From a bacterium (GTDB lineage: Bacteria; SAR324; XYD2-FULL-50-16; G965216635): DNA of 64,000 nt. The position numbers were made by a program, and so were the translations under genes. The stretch spans positions 224,001 to 288,000 of the forward strand of contig OZ244188.1 of NCBI GenBank assembly GCA_965216635.1, read 5' to 3'. Positions 19,344-28,130 of this stretch are shown here, in pieces (the stretch's first letter is position 1; each line of letters starts with the position of its first letter). The notes under the pieces were generated by a model, which was given only the letters and a program-made list of their open reading frames with translations, had not been told where the DNA came from and did not search any database.

Positions 19344-19823
19344 ATGGAAAAACAAAATGTATTGAGTGTGGCGGATTTTTTTATCACAGAAGTTGATAAA
19401 AAGTATGGTGTAGATAATTTAAAATTAAACAAAATAGCCTATATCTCTTTAGGATTTTCACTATCTATACGGAATTTTGATTTATTTTCTGAAGATGTAG
19501 AAGCTTGGAATTGGGGTCCGGTAATTCCAGAATTGTATTATTCTTTTAAAGAATATGGCTCTAGGATTATTACTAAGCCTTCTGAAAGAGAAAATTCAAG
19601 TGAGATAAAAGATGAAGATACTTTGGGTTTGTTGAATCTAGTAAAAGATCTTTATCAAAGTAAGAGTGGGTTAGAAATTATGGAATTGACTCATGTAAAA
19701 AACACACCTTGGGATTATTGTTATGATGGAGAAAAAAATACAATTATAGATAAGAATATTATTAAAGATTACTATGATATTCTTATAAAAAACTTAAAAA
19801 AAAGTAATATTCTTATAGATTAG
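19344..19823 (+). CDS. Panacea (DUF4065/GepA/SocA-like) antitoxin
   Basis: NLKLNKIAY, EAWNWGPV, LTH...PW motifs. Confidence 0.85.
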   Translation: MEKQNVLSVADFFITEVDKKYGVDNLKLNKIAYISLGFSLSIRNFDLFSEDVEAWNWGPVIPELYYSFKEYGSRIITKPSERENSSEIKDEDTLGLLNLVKDLYQSKSGLEIMELTHVKNTPWDYCYDGEKNTIIDKNIIKDYYDILIKNLKKSNILID

Positions 19824-19827
19824 TTTT

Positions 19828-20235
19828 ATGGTAAAATGTAATACTAAAGAAAAATTTTTATACTCAAAAGTTAGTGATGATAGTTCTGTAAGTGAATCCA
19901 AAGAAAAATTTAAAGCATCTGCTCCGATCAAGACAGAGATAAGTAAAGAATTTGAAGAGACGATAAGTAAAGAATTTGAATTGCTATATAACAATAGATT
20001 TAAACAAGATACAGAATTAAGTAAAGATTTCTTTTACTTTGCTAAAGAAATTACTGGTTGGTGGATATTGATTTTATTTATAGTCTTATTGTGGCAATTA
20101 TTTTTACCATTTGAAGGATACGGACAACGACTTTCTGATATTCAATTTTCTGTATTATTCAGCACTACTACTGTAACAGTGCTTGGTTTTTGGGGAATAG
20201 TTGGTTTGTATTTATTTCCTAAAAAAGGAAAATAA
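19828..20235 (+). CDS. Two-TM membrane protein, putative Panacea-paired toxin
   Basis: 4 nt after the Panacea gene; two C-terminal hydrophobic helices. Confidence 0.55.
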   Translation: MVKCNTKEKFLYSKVSDDSSVSESKEKFKASAPIKTEISKEFEETISKEFELLYNNRFKQDTELSKDFFYFAKEITGWWILILFIVLLWQLFLPFEGYGQRLSDIQFSVLFSTTTVTVLGFWGIVGLYLFPKKGK

Positions 20236-20253
20236 AAAATAATTTTAATAAAC

Positions 20254-20381
20254 AAAAAATGCTAACTTACGCACAAATTGATAAGGATTTTTTATAATTT
20301 ATGCTAGAATGTATTTTTAATGAACTAAAACCAAAATGAATAAAACTATAATCACTTTTTGCGATAAAAGAGGCGGACTGC
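20254..20381 (+). repeat. Cassette-boundary repeat 2: exact actC 5' end plus promoter-like block
   Basis: AAAAAATGCTAACTTACGCACAAATTGATAAGGAT identical to the actC start at 22788-22822. Confidence 0.9.
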
Positions 20382-20814
20382 AGAAAACCAGAATTTGTGA
20401 TATTTTTGAAATAAGGATTGTTACTTACTCAACAGTTTAATAGCAATACTTTCAGGCGTAGAGTTATTTATTTTGACATCTGGAATTTGGATTGCTTACT
20501 CTAGTATTCAATCCCATAAAAACAGGCAAATTTAACCATTTTTGCACAAAAATCGCCTTTTTTAATTATTTAATTCTAAAAAAAAACTTTTTGTAAATGC
20601 TTTAAAAATCTTATAAAATTCCTTGAATTAAGGAAAATATTGAATTTTTGTGAAAAAAAAGTTACTATTTTAATAAATTTATTAAAAACAATAAACGGAT
20701 TTTAAGACTTTTTGGGGCGGTTGTTAAGAATGGTTTTAAATTTCCTTCGTTAAAGTTTTATATCATAAAAACTAAAACAGACATATTTCTTTGTCTGTGC
20801 GTAATAAATAAAAT

Positions 20815-21336
20815 ATGGAACAAAGAAAAGTTGAGTTTCTTTTAGAATATCAACAAAGAATAGATCAAAAAGCTAGAGAGAACTCTAGTGAGTTGATTTC
20901 TAACGGAACCATTGAACACGCTAGAATCTTAATTGCTTCTATTTTTAGTGTTGCAAATAAAAAAATAGAAATATTTACAGGATTTCTTAATCCAATAATC
21001 TACAATGATAAAAAAATCATTGACAGCGCCTTTAATTTTCTAAAAAAACAAAACACTAAAATAGAAGTTGTAGTGCAAGAAAATGACCACTCATTAGGTT
21101 TGAATGAATTTGTGAATGAAGCTAAGAATAATAAACAATTTGTTCTTAAAGAAGCAAATGAAATTGATAAAAATGAACAGTATCATTTTATAGTTGCTGA
21201 TAGTAAATCATTCCGTTATGAACCTGATAAAGCAAAAAATATAGGTATAGGTTGTTTTAACAAACCAGCATTTGCTGAGAAACTTAATAATCGCTTTCAA
21301 GAAATATTTAAACAAGCAAAAACGCTGGAAATTTAA
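20815..21336 (+). CDS. Hypothetical protein, possible PLD-like fold without canonical HKD
   Basis: A.KKIEIFTG.L, IEVVV, YHFIVAD..FRYE, FN.P..A..L...F pattern. Confidence 0.45.
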   Translation: MEQRKVEFLLEYQQRIDQKARENSSELISNGTIEHARILIASIFSVANKKIEIFTGFLNPIIYNDKKIIDSAFNFLKKQNTKIEVVVQENDHSLGLNEFVNEAKNNKQFVLKEANEIDKNEQYHFIVADSKSFRYEPDKAKNIGIGCFNKPAFAEKLNNRFQEIFKQAKTLEI

Positions 21337-21351
21337 AAGAAAGAATATTCT

Positions 21352-21918
21352 ATGGATTTTTTTTATATTATAGAAATTTCTTTTTTATTAAATATAGCTT
21401 ATAGAGAGCTAAAATCTTCTCGTTGGAAGCAAGAATTTGAGAAAAAATATTCTACTTATTTCAACGCATTTGAGATGACAGAATCTATTGGTAGAGATAT
21501 TCTAAAAAAAGATAATCTGTTCCAACCAGAAGGAAAACAGTTTGTTGAGGGATTAGAAAAAGGGGAAAAGAATGCTTGGGAGAACAAATTTTTTATTCCT
21601 TTTTATTACCGCAATTTTATTTGCAAAGAATGGAGTAAAAAATTTACTGGTTGTATTATATTAGGTATAATTATTATTATAGGAATATTGTATTTTTTTG
21701 CAGGATATAATTATTATATTTACATAAAAAACACTTCCTTTGTCGCATTTTTAATCTTTTCTATGTGCCCTTTTATTTTTAGTTTTTTTGATAATCGGTG
21801 TTATAATTATTTATTTGGTGATAATGGAAGAATAGAATTTATTATAAAAGAAATAACAAGAAAAAATAAATCTATGATGGATGATGAGCTAGATTTACCA
21901 GAAAGAGCATTAAAGTAA
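21352..21918 (+). CDS. Membrane hypothetical protein
   Basis: 2-3 hydrophobic segments; 15 nt after the preceding gene. Confidence 0.55.
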   Translation: MDFFYIIEISFLLNIAYRELKSSRWKQEFEKKYSTYFNAFEMTESIGRDILKKDNLFQPEGKQFVEGLEKGEKNAWENKFFIPFYYRNFICKEWSKKFTGCIILGIIIIIGILYFFAGYNYYIYIKNTSFVAFLIFSMCPFIFSFFDNRCYNYLFGDNGRIEFIIKEITRKNKSMMDDELDLPERALK

Positions 21919-22003
21919 TTAACTTACCAACCTCTTATATCCTTACCATTTTTATACCGATTCCTTAAAAATACTCTTCAATAAAAAAACAAATAAATGA
22001 AAA

Positions 22004-22252
22004 ATGGCTAGTTTAGCAGAAAAAGAGGTAGATGCAAATTTTGATTATTTTCAAACACTACTTCCAGAATTAAAACAAACTCACTTTGAAAAATTTGCTT
22101 TATTGCATAAAAAAAAAATTATTGAATTTTTTGATACTGCTAGAGATGCAGCAAAGTTTGGGATAGTAAAATTCGGAAAAGGCAATTTTTCTGTGCAACA
22201 AGTAGCTGATAGACGTGTTGATTTAGGATATCAAGGACATGTCCTCTTTTAG
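22004..22252 (+). CDS. Small hypothetical protein (DUF5678-like) coupled to an aspartyl protease
   Basis: NFDYF..LLPEL...KFALLH..IIEFFDT..DA pattern; overlaps the next gene. Confidence 0.55.
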   Translation: MASLAEKEVDANFDYFQTLLPELKQTHFEKFALLHKKKIIEFFDTARDAAKFGIVKFGKGNFSVQQVADRRVDLGYQGHVLF

Positions 22253-22742
22253 GCAAACTTTAAATAAAAACAGGCAGTTTATTATTACTGTAAAAGTTAT
22301 TGAGTCACCTTTGGAAAAAGAGAAATACAAAGACGGCACAGCACAAAGATTTCTTATTAAGGCGGAAACTCAAAAAGCTTTGATTGATACAGGTGCTAAT
22401 ACGACTAGTATATCTCAAAAATATGCGAATGAATCAGGTTTAGTTGCTACTGGAAAAACCATTACAAGTACTGCTGGAGGAGATTGTAGAGAAAATTTAT
22501 TTTTGATTGATATTGCTATTCCGATTACTCAAACTGCATTAAAACCTTTTACAGCAAAAGACGGTAGTCAGCAGTTTAAACCATTTATAATTGGAGAAGA
22601 ACATTGGGCTCACGCAGAACTTGAGGTTACTTCTTTTGCAGTTGGTGAAGGATATTATGGTTTTGATATTCTTTTAGGTATGGATATACTATCTCAAATG
22701 CATATTACTATGTTTCATAATGAGATTATTATGTCTTTTTAA
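22239..22742 (+). CDS. Retropepsin-like (clan AA) aspartyl protease
   Basis: ALIDTGA and ILLGMDIL motifs. Confidence 0.8.
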   Translation: MSSFRQTLNKNRQFIITVKVIESPLEKEKYKDGTAQRFLIKAETQKALIDTGANTTSISQKYANESGLVATGKTITSTAGGDCRENLFLIDIAIPITQTALKPFTAKDGSQQFKPFIIGEEHWAHAELEVTSFAVGEGYYGFDILLGMDILSQMHITMFHNEIIMSF

Positions 22743-22792
22743 AAAATTGTAAAATTTATTACACAAGTTTTCTTAATTTTAAAAAATAAAAA

Positions 22793-24139
22793 ATGCTAAC
22801 TTACGCACAAATTGATAAGGATGTTTTAAAATCAATGGAGCCACCCGGCAAAAAATGGTTTTTGTGCATCGCAGTTTCTTTGACCGCTTTGGCTATGGGG
22901 ATTTATGCCCTTTATATCCAAGTTGCCGGAGGACTAGAGATTAGCGGAATTTCGCATCCTATTGGTTGGGGAGTTTATATTACTGACTTTGTTTTTTGGG
23001 TAGGTATTGCACACGCGGGAACCTTAATTTCTGCAGTGCTTTTTCTAACGCGAGCTCCTTACAGAACTTCTATCTATAGAACTGCAGAGGCGATGACAGT
23101 TTTTGCGGTAATGACGGCTGGGCTTTTTCCTATTATCCATGTAGGGCGGATTTGGAACGCCTACTGGTTAGTGCCTTATCCCAATCAAAGAGAGCTTTGG
23201 GTCAATTTCAAATCTCCGCTCCTTTGGGATGTTTTTGCGGTTTCTACCTATATGTCGGTTTCCATTGCCTTTTTTATTGTAGGGTTGATTCCAGACTTTG
23301 CCACAGTGCGAGATCGCACCAAAGGTTTGATGAAATTTTTTTACGGGTTTTTGGCATTAGGCTTTAGAGGCACCAATCACCAGTGGGTGCATTATTTGAG
23401 AGGCTACCTACTTTTTGCAGCACTGGCTACTCCTCTAGTTTTTTCCGTTCACTCCATAGTCTCTTGGGATTTTGCAATGTCTAGTATACCGGGCTGGCAT
23501 ACCACAATTTTTGCTCCTTACTTTGTAGCAGGTGCGATTTTTTCGGGCTGTGCTATGGTCTTGACGATTGTGATTCCTATGAGAAAAATTTTTAGAGGCT
23601 TTGAAGAAATTATAAAAATAGAACACTTAGAGGCTTTGGGTAAACTGATTTTACTCACGGGAACGATTGTAACCTATTCTTACACCATAGAATTTTTTAT
23701 TGCCTATTATAGCGGTAATCCTTACGAAAAAGCTATTTTTTGGTTTCGCCCTTTTGGAGAATTAAAGGGATTTTTCTGGTTGATGGTGCTTTGTAATTGT
23801 ATTGGTCCCATTCCCCTTTGGAGAAAGAAAATTCGCACCAATCTCGCTGCTCTTTTTGTGATTTCTATTATTGTCAATGTAGGTATGTGGTTGGAAAGAT
23901 TTAACATAGTCGTCACTTCGCTGTCTCACGATTTTGTGCCTTTTGTTTGGAGCAACTACCAGTTTCAGTGGGGCGAAATTTGGATTACTATCGGTAGTTT
24001 TGGTTGGTTTTTCACTTGGTTTTTTCTATTTGTTAAAATTATGCCTTCTATGTCGGTTACAGAATTGAAGGAAGCATTGCCTCCAATGTTGCGAAAAGGT
24101 AAAATGACACCTAGGCCAGTTTCTGGCTTCTATAAATAA
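22793..24139 (+). CDS. actC: Alternative complex III NrfD-family membrane subunit
   Basis: WGVYITDFVFWVGIAHAGTLISA, SPLLWD, SVHSIVSWDFA, GMWLERF. Confidence 0.9.
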   Translation: MLTYAQIDKDVLKSMEPPGKKWFLCIAVSLTALAMGIYALYIQVAGGLEISGISHPIGWGVYITDFVFWVGIAHAGTLISAVLFLTRAPYRTSIYRTAEAMTVFAVMTAGLFPIIHVGRIWNAYWLVPYPNQRELWVNFKSPLLWDVFAVSTYMSVSIAFFIVGLIPDFATVRDRTKGLMKFFYGFLALGFRGTNHQWVHYLRGYLLFAALATPLVFSVHSIVSWDFAMSSIPGWHTTIFAPYFVAGAIFSGCAMVLTIVIPMRKIFRGFEEIIKIEHLEALGKLILLTGTIVTYSYTIEFFIAYYSGNPYEKAIFWFRPFGELKGFFWLMVLCNCIGPIPLWRKKIRTNLAALFVISIIVNVGMWLERFNIVVTSLSHDFVPFVWSNYQFQWGEIWITIGSFGWFFTWFFLFVKIMPSMSVTELKEALPPMLRKGKMTPRPVSGFYK

Positions 24140-24143
24140 ATTA

Positions 24144-24283
24144 GAGACCTTTGAATTAGCGTTCTGTTTAGCCTATGCGTCGTTGAAAAAAATTTTTAAC
24201 TCTTGAAATACTTGAGTATTCCTGCGAGCTAAATTTTTTTTTTGCCTTGCCTAGCCGTCACATAACGCAAATTCAAAGGTCTA
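24144..24283. mobile_element. MITE copy inside the act operon
   Basis: GAGACCTTTGAATTAGCG ... CGCAAATTCAAAGGTCTA. Confidence 0.85.
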
Positions 24284-24301
24284 TAAATTTTACTAAAAAA
24301 A

Positions 24302-24832
24302 ATGAATAAAAAATTTTGCGGAGTTTGGGCAACTTTTGAATATTTAGACGACTTTTGCAACAGCGTAAAAGATTTGCGTAGCAAAAATTTTAAAAAAATC
24401 ACTACCTATTCGCCTTGCCCTCGTCATGAGATTTTGGACGCTTTGGGTAATCCAGTGAGTAGAGTGCCTTTTTTCACTTTAGCGTTTGGAATTTTAGGAG
24501 TAACCATAGCCTATACTTTAGCAAGCTGGATGTCGCTGGATTGGGTTTTACCAGTGTCTAATAAACCGATTGTGTCTCTTCCTCCGTTCACTATTATAGC
24601 TTTTGAATTAATGGTGCTTTTGGGAGCCTACGGCACTATGGTTGGAGTTGTTTTTTTGATAATCCGAGAAACTAGAAAATTTACTTTCCCGAAAAGTAAT
24701 AAATTCAAAAACTACGACAGATTTACCCACGATAGGTTTGGTTTGGTAGTGCGGTGCAAAAAAAAAGATATTAAAAAATTGATACAAATTGTCAAAATAC
24801 ATCAACCAGAAGAAATCAACAATGAAAGTTAA
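24302..24832 (+). CDS. actD: Alternative complex III subunit (DUF3341)
   Basis: YSPCP.HE, KP..SLPPF.IIAFELMVL, RFT.DRF. Confidence 0.85.
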   Translation: MNKKFCGVWATFEYLDDFCNSVKDLRSKNFKKITTYSPCPRHEILDALGNPVSRVPFFTLAFGILGVTIAYTLASWMSLDWVLPVSNKPIVSLPPFTIIAFELMVLLGAYGTMVGVVFLIIRETRKFTFPKSNKFKNYDRFTHDRFGLVVRCKKKDIKKLIQIVKIHQPEEINNES

Positions 24833-25403
24833 AAAAAGATTTTTGGCTACAGTTCTTGCTATAGCTCTCTGCGGTTTGATTTTTACGGTTTCCGCTTATG
24901 GCACTTCCACGATTTGGTCTTGGATGAAGGATATGTATAACCAACCGAGCATCAAACCTCAAGAAGAAGGTTCTTTTAAACATTTTCCTATTGGCTCTGT
25001 TACAACAGAAGGCTTGCAAATTAGTAGTGATGGAGAAAAGCACTTAAAAGCAACAGATTTTACTTGGATAGCTGCCAGAAATAGTGTTGCACTAGCTCCC
25101 AAAAATCCTCAAAAAGCAACGGCAGAATCTTTGAAGCAAGGAGAGTTTTTTTTTAATTCTTACTGTATTGCCTGCCACGGGGCAGATGGTAAATCAACCA
25201 CTCCTGTAGCTCTTTTTAGAGGAGGAGTTATTCCTTTAGATTTGATTTTAACCGACCCTACTATTACCGACGGCTACCTTTTTTACAAAATTACTTATGG
25301 AGGTTTTGGAGATGTAGCTATGCCTCCTTTTGGCTATTCCATCACAGAAAAAGAAAGATGGCACATAGTAAATTATATAACCCATAGATGGCAGAACAAA
25401 TGA
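24822..25403 (+). CDS. actE: Alternative complex III monoheme cytochrome c
   Basis: DMYNQPS.KPQE, CIACHG, MP, RWHIVNY. Confidence 0.8.
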   Translation: MKVKKRFLATVLAIALCGLIFTVSAYGTSTIWSWMKDMYNQPSIKPQEEGSFKHFPIGSVTTEGLQISSDGEKHLKATDFTWIAARNSVALAPKNPQKATAESLKQGEFFFNSYCIACHGADGKSTTPVALFRGGVIPLDLILTDPTITDGYLFYKITYGGFGDVAMPPFGYSITEKERWHIVNYITHRWQNK

Positions 25404-26725
25404 CAAGAGAACAAGAAATAAAAAATATTCTACAGAAAATTTCTTTTAAGCTAGATTCTAAAGCAAAACTTTCTTTATTTGTTTTGTTTGGGGTAGGGGT
25501 TGTAGGACTATTACTAGGAATTTTTACTGGCCATTTAGAGTTGGCTTGGCAAGCCTTACTTATCAACAGTATTTATTTTACTGGAATAGGCTACGCTGGA
25601 CTGGCATTTTCTGTGATTTTTACTATCAGTGATGCATTTTGGGGCAGACCCATCAAACGCATTGGAGAAGCTTTCGCTAGTTTTATTCCTATAGGCACTA
25701 TTATCTTTTTTATTTTGTTTTTTGCAGGCAATTCAATCTTTGAATGGTATGATCACGACAAGGTCATCCACTCCAAAGAAGGCTGGCTCAATATTCCTTT
25801 TTTTGTTGGTAGAAATCTAGTACTTTTCTTGTTTTCTGCTTGGCTTGCTTCCCTTTATCTTAAAAACTCTATCCGCCCTGATATAGTCTTGGCTAGAAAA
25901 ATGGGGGATTATTTTAAAAATAAGTTTGCTGATAAATTTGTCAAAAACTTCTGTGACTCTGAAAAAGAAATTGAAACTGCTTACCATAAAAACAAAAGAA
26001 TAGCACCTGTATTAGCTTTAACTTACGCCCTTTTGACTTCATTTATTGCCTTTGATTGGATGATGTCCATTGATCAAGAATGGTTTAGCACTATGTTTGG
26101 AGTGCAGTTCACTGTCTCTAGCTTGATGGGAGCAGGCGCTTTTTTGATTATAATTACTGGAATTCTTCGCAGAAAATTCCAACTTACAGATTATCTTTCT
26201 ATCAATCGTCACCACGATTTAGCAAAACTCACCTTTGCTTTTTGTCTACTCTGGACCTATATGATTTTTTCGCAAGTCCTTGTGATTTGGTATGCTAATT
26301 TGCCTGAGGAAACTCCATTTTTGGTTTTAAGAATGTTCTCATTAGAATGGGGTTGGCTCTTTTGGGTTATTTTCTTTATGCTTTTTATTACTCCTTTTTT
26401 TGGTTTAATGGCTCGTACTGCCTGCTGCTCTATTTGGTTTTCCAGACTGGTTGCTTTCATTATTTTGAGCGGACTTTGGCTAGAAAAATATTTTATCATA
26501 ACCCCCTCGCTACAAGAAAATGCACTCGTGGCTGGACATGCTGTATCGCATGGAGCAGCCTCTATTGAAAAAGTAGCAGGTTTTGAATTTTTTCCTTTCC
26601 TTGTGGATTTGTTTGTAGGTATGGGATTTTTAGGAATTTTCTTAGGCTGTTTCTTCTTCTTTATCCAAAGAGTTCCTCTCGTTCCTATCTCTGACTACCG
26701 TTTCTTTAAAGACGGGCATCACTAA
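25400..26725 (+). CDS. actF: Alternative complex III membrane subunit
   Basis: DWMMS...WFSTMFG, HDLAK, FSQ...IWYANLPEE; ATGA-coupled to actE. Confidence 0.85.
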   Translation: MTREQEIKNILQKISFKLDSKAKLSLFVLFGVGVVGLLLGIFTGHLELAWQALLINSIYFTGIGYAGLAFSVIFTISDAFWGRPIKRIGEAFASFIPIGTIIFFILFFAGNSIFEWYDHDKVIHSKEGWLNIPFFVGRNLVLFLFSAWLASLYLKNSIRPDIVLARKMGDYFKNKFADKFVKNFCDSEKEIETAYHKNKRIAPVLALTYALLTSFIAFDWMMSIDQEWFSTMFGVQFTVSSLMGAGAFLIIITGILRRKFQLTDYLSINRHHDLAKLTFAFCLLWTYMIFSQVLVIWYANLPEETPFLVLRMFSLEWGWLFWVIFFMLFITPFFGLMARTACCSIWFSRLVAFIILSGLWLEKYFIITPSLQENALVAGHAVSHGAASIEKVAGFEFFPFLVDLFVGMGFLGIFLGCFFFFIQRVPLVPISDYRFFKDGHH

Positions 26726-26766
26726 TTCAAGGGGTCTCACTTAATTCATAACTTAAAAAATATAAA

Positions 26767-27642
26767 ATGGAAATTACTAGTGGTCTTATTATTGGGGTAG
26801 CTCTTGTAGCTACTGTACTTTTCACACTTTATTTGGGGGTCAAAATAGTTCCTCAATCTGAAGTATTTGTTATCGAGCGATTTGGAAAATATACTAAAAC
26901 TCTTTCCTCTGGGTTGTCTTTGATTGTCCCTTATTTGGATCGGGTGGCTCATAGAGTTTCTGTTCTTGAACGGCGTTTAGAAGAATTTGATGTTTCGGTC
27001 ATCACTAAAGATAATGTTGAAGTTGGATTGAGCACTTCTGTTTTCTATCGCGTTATTGATGCTTCGCGATCTGTGTATCGCATTCGCAATATTGATGGGG
27101 CTATTTATACAGCAGCAGCTTCTATTGTGCGCTCGGCTGGTGGTAAGCTAGAATTAGACGAATTGCAATCTAGCCGCGAGGCTATGAATGCAGAAATTTC
27201 TAAAAACTTGGGCGAAGCTGCGGAAGTTTGGGGAATTGAAATTACTAGAACGGAAATCACTGATGTGCAAATAGACGAGCAAACCAAAAACGCACAAAGA
27301 CAACAACTTAATGCTGAAAGAGAACGGCGAGCCGAAATTGCCCGTGCTGAAGGTTCAAAAAAATCTGCCGAACTATCTGCTGAAGCTTCTCTTTACACAG
27401 CTCAGAAGTCCGCTGAAGCAGTTATAGTAAAAGCGGATGCAGAATCCCATCGCGTCCGTGTAGAAGGAGCGGCTGCGGCTTCTGTGATTGAAATACAAGG
27501 TAAGGCTCTTAAGAGTAATGAGAAAATTATTGAATTGGAAAAAGCTCGTAGCTGGGATGGAGTTTTGCCTACAACTAATGTTGGAGGCGATAGTGGGGCT
27601 AATTTCTTGTTTGAATTGAAATCTAGTAAAAGCAAAAAATAA
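26767..27642 (+). CDS. SPFH/band 7 protein (QmcA-like)
   Basis: IVPQ..VIERFGKY, ITKDNV, WGIEITRTEI, QLNAERERRA. Confidence 0.9.
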   Translation: MEITSGLIIGVALVATVLFTLYLGVKIVPQSEVFVIERFGKYTKTLSSGLSLIVPYLDRVAHRVSVLERRLEEFDVSVITKDNVEVGLSTSVFYRVIDASRSVYRIRNIDGAIYTAAASIVRSAGGKLELDELQSSREAMNAEISKNLGEAAEVWGIEITRTEITDVQIDEQTKNAQRQQLNAERERRAEIARAEGSKKSAELSAEASLYTAQKSAEAVIVKADAESHRVRVEGAAAASVIEIQGKALKSNEKIIELEKARSWDGVLPTTNVGGDSGANFLFELKSSKSKK

Positions 27643-27908
27643 TGCTTGTTTTATTGACAAATCCTACGACGTGGTTTGTTATCGGAGCCTTATTGCTGAT
27701 TATAGAAATGTTTGAAGGCTCTTTGGCATTCTTTCTTCCTATAGGTATTGCTTCTTTGGTTATCTCGGGTTTGGTTGCTTTTTGGGAAATAAATATCTCT
27801 ACGATTCTAGTACTTTTTGCAGTTTTTTCACTTGTTTTTGCTACAACTCTTAGGTTTTATTCCAAATCCATCAAAAAGAAAAAAACGAAGGATATTAACA
27901 AATACTAA
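27642..27908 (+). CDS. Short NfeD-like membrane protein
   Basis: W...G.LLLIIEM...FFL; coupled to the SPFH gene. Confidence 0.7.
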   Translation: MLVLLTNPTTWFVIGALLLIIEMFEGSLAFFLPIGIASLVISGLVAFWEINISTILVLFAVFSLVFATTLRFYSKSIKKKKTKDINKY

Positions 27909-28130
27909 AAAAAAATTCTGAATCTAAAAAATCGCCAAACCTTGTTATTTATCTATCAAAAATTCTTTGTTTGCTTTATTTTTTATTCTTTATTATATTT
28001 ATAATTATTAACAATAAACTTAAAATGAGAATTCTTATGTACTTTGTTCTTACCTGTCTTTTTCTACTTCCATTTGCTTGTTCAACTGTTTTTGCTTAAT
28101 ACTAAAACTTCCATTCCTAAAAATAATTTG

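Noticed and set aside
20528..20743. Imperfect ~30-bp inverted repeats flanking an AT-rich segment (possible IS remnant)
   Set aside because: The match is weak in very AT-rich DNA; no transposase trace or target duplication.
18385..22800. Integron/CALIN interpretation of the act cassette array (TAAC motifs near boundaries)
   Set aside because: No attC-like palindromes with matching RYYYAAC/GTTRRRY ends were found; the boundary repeats are copies of the actC start; no intI.
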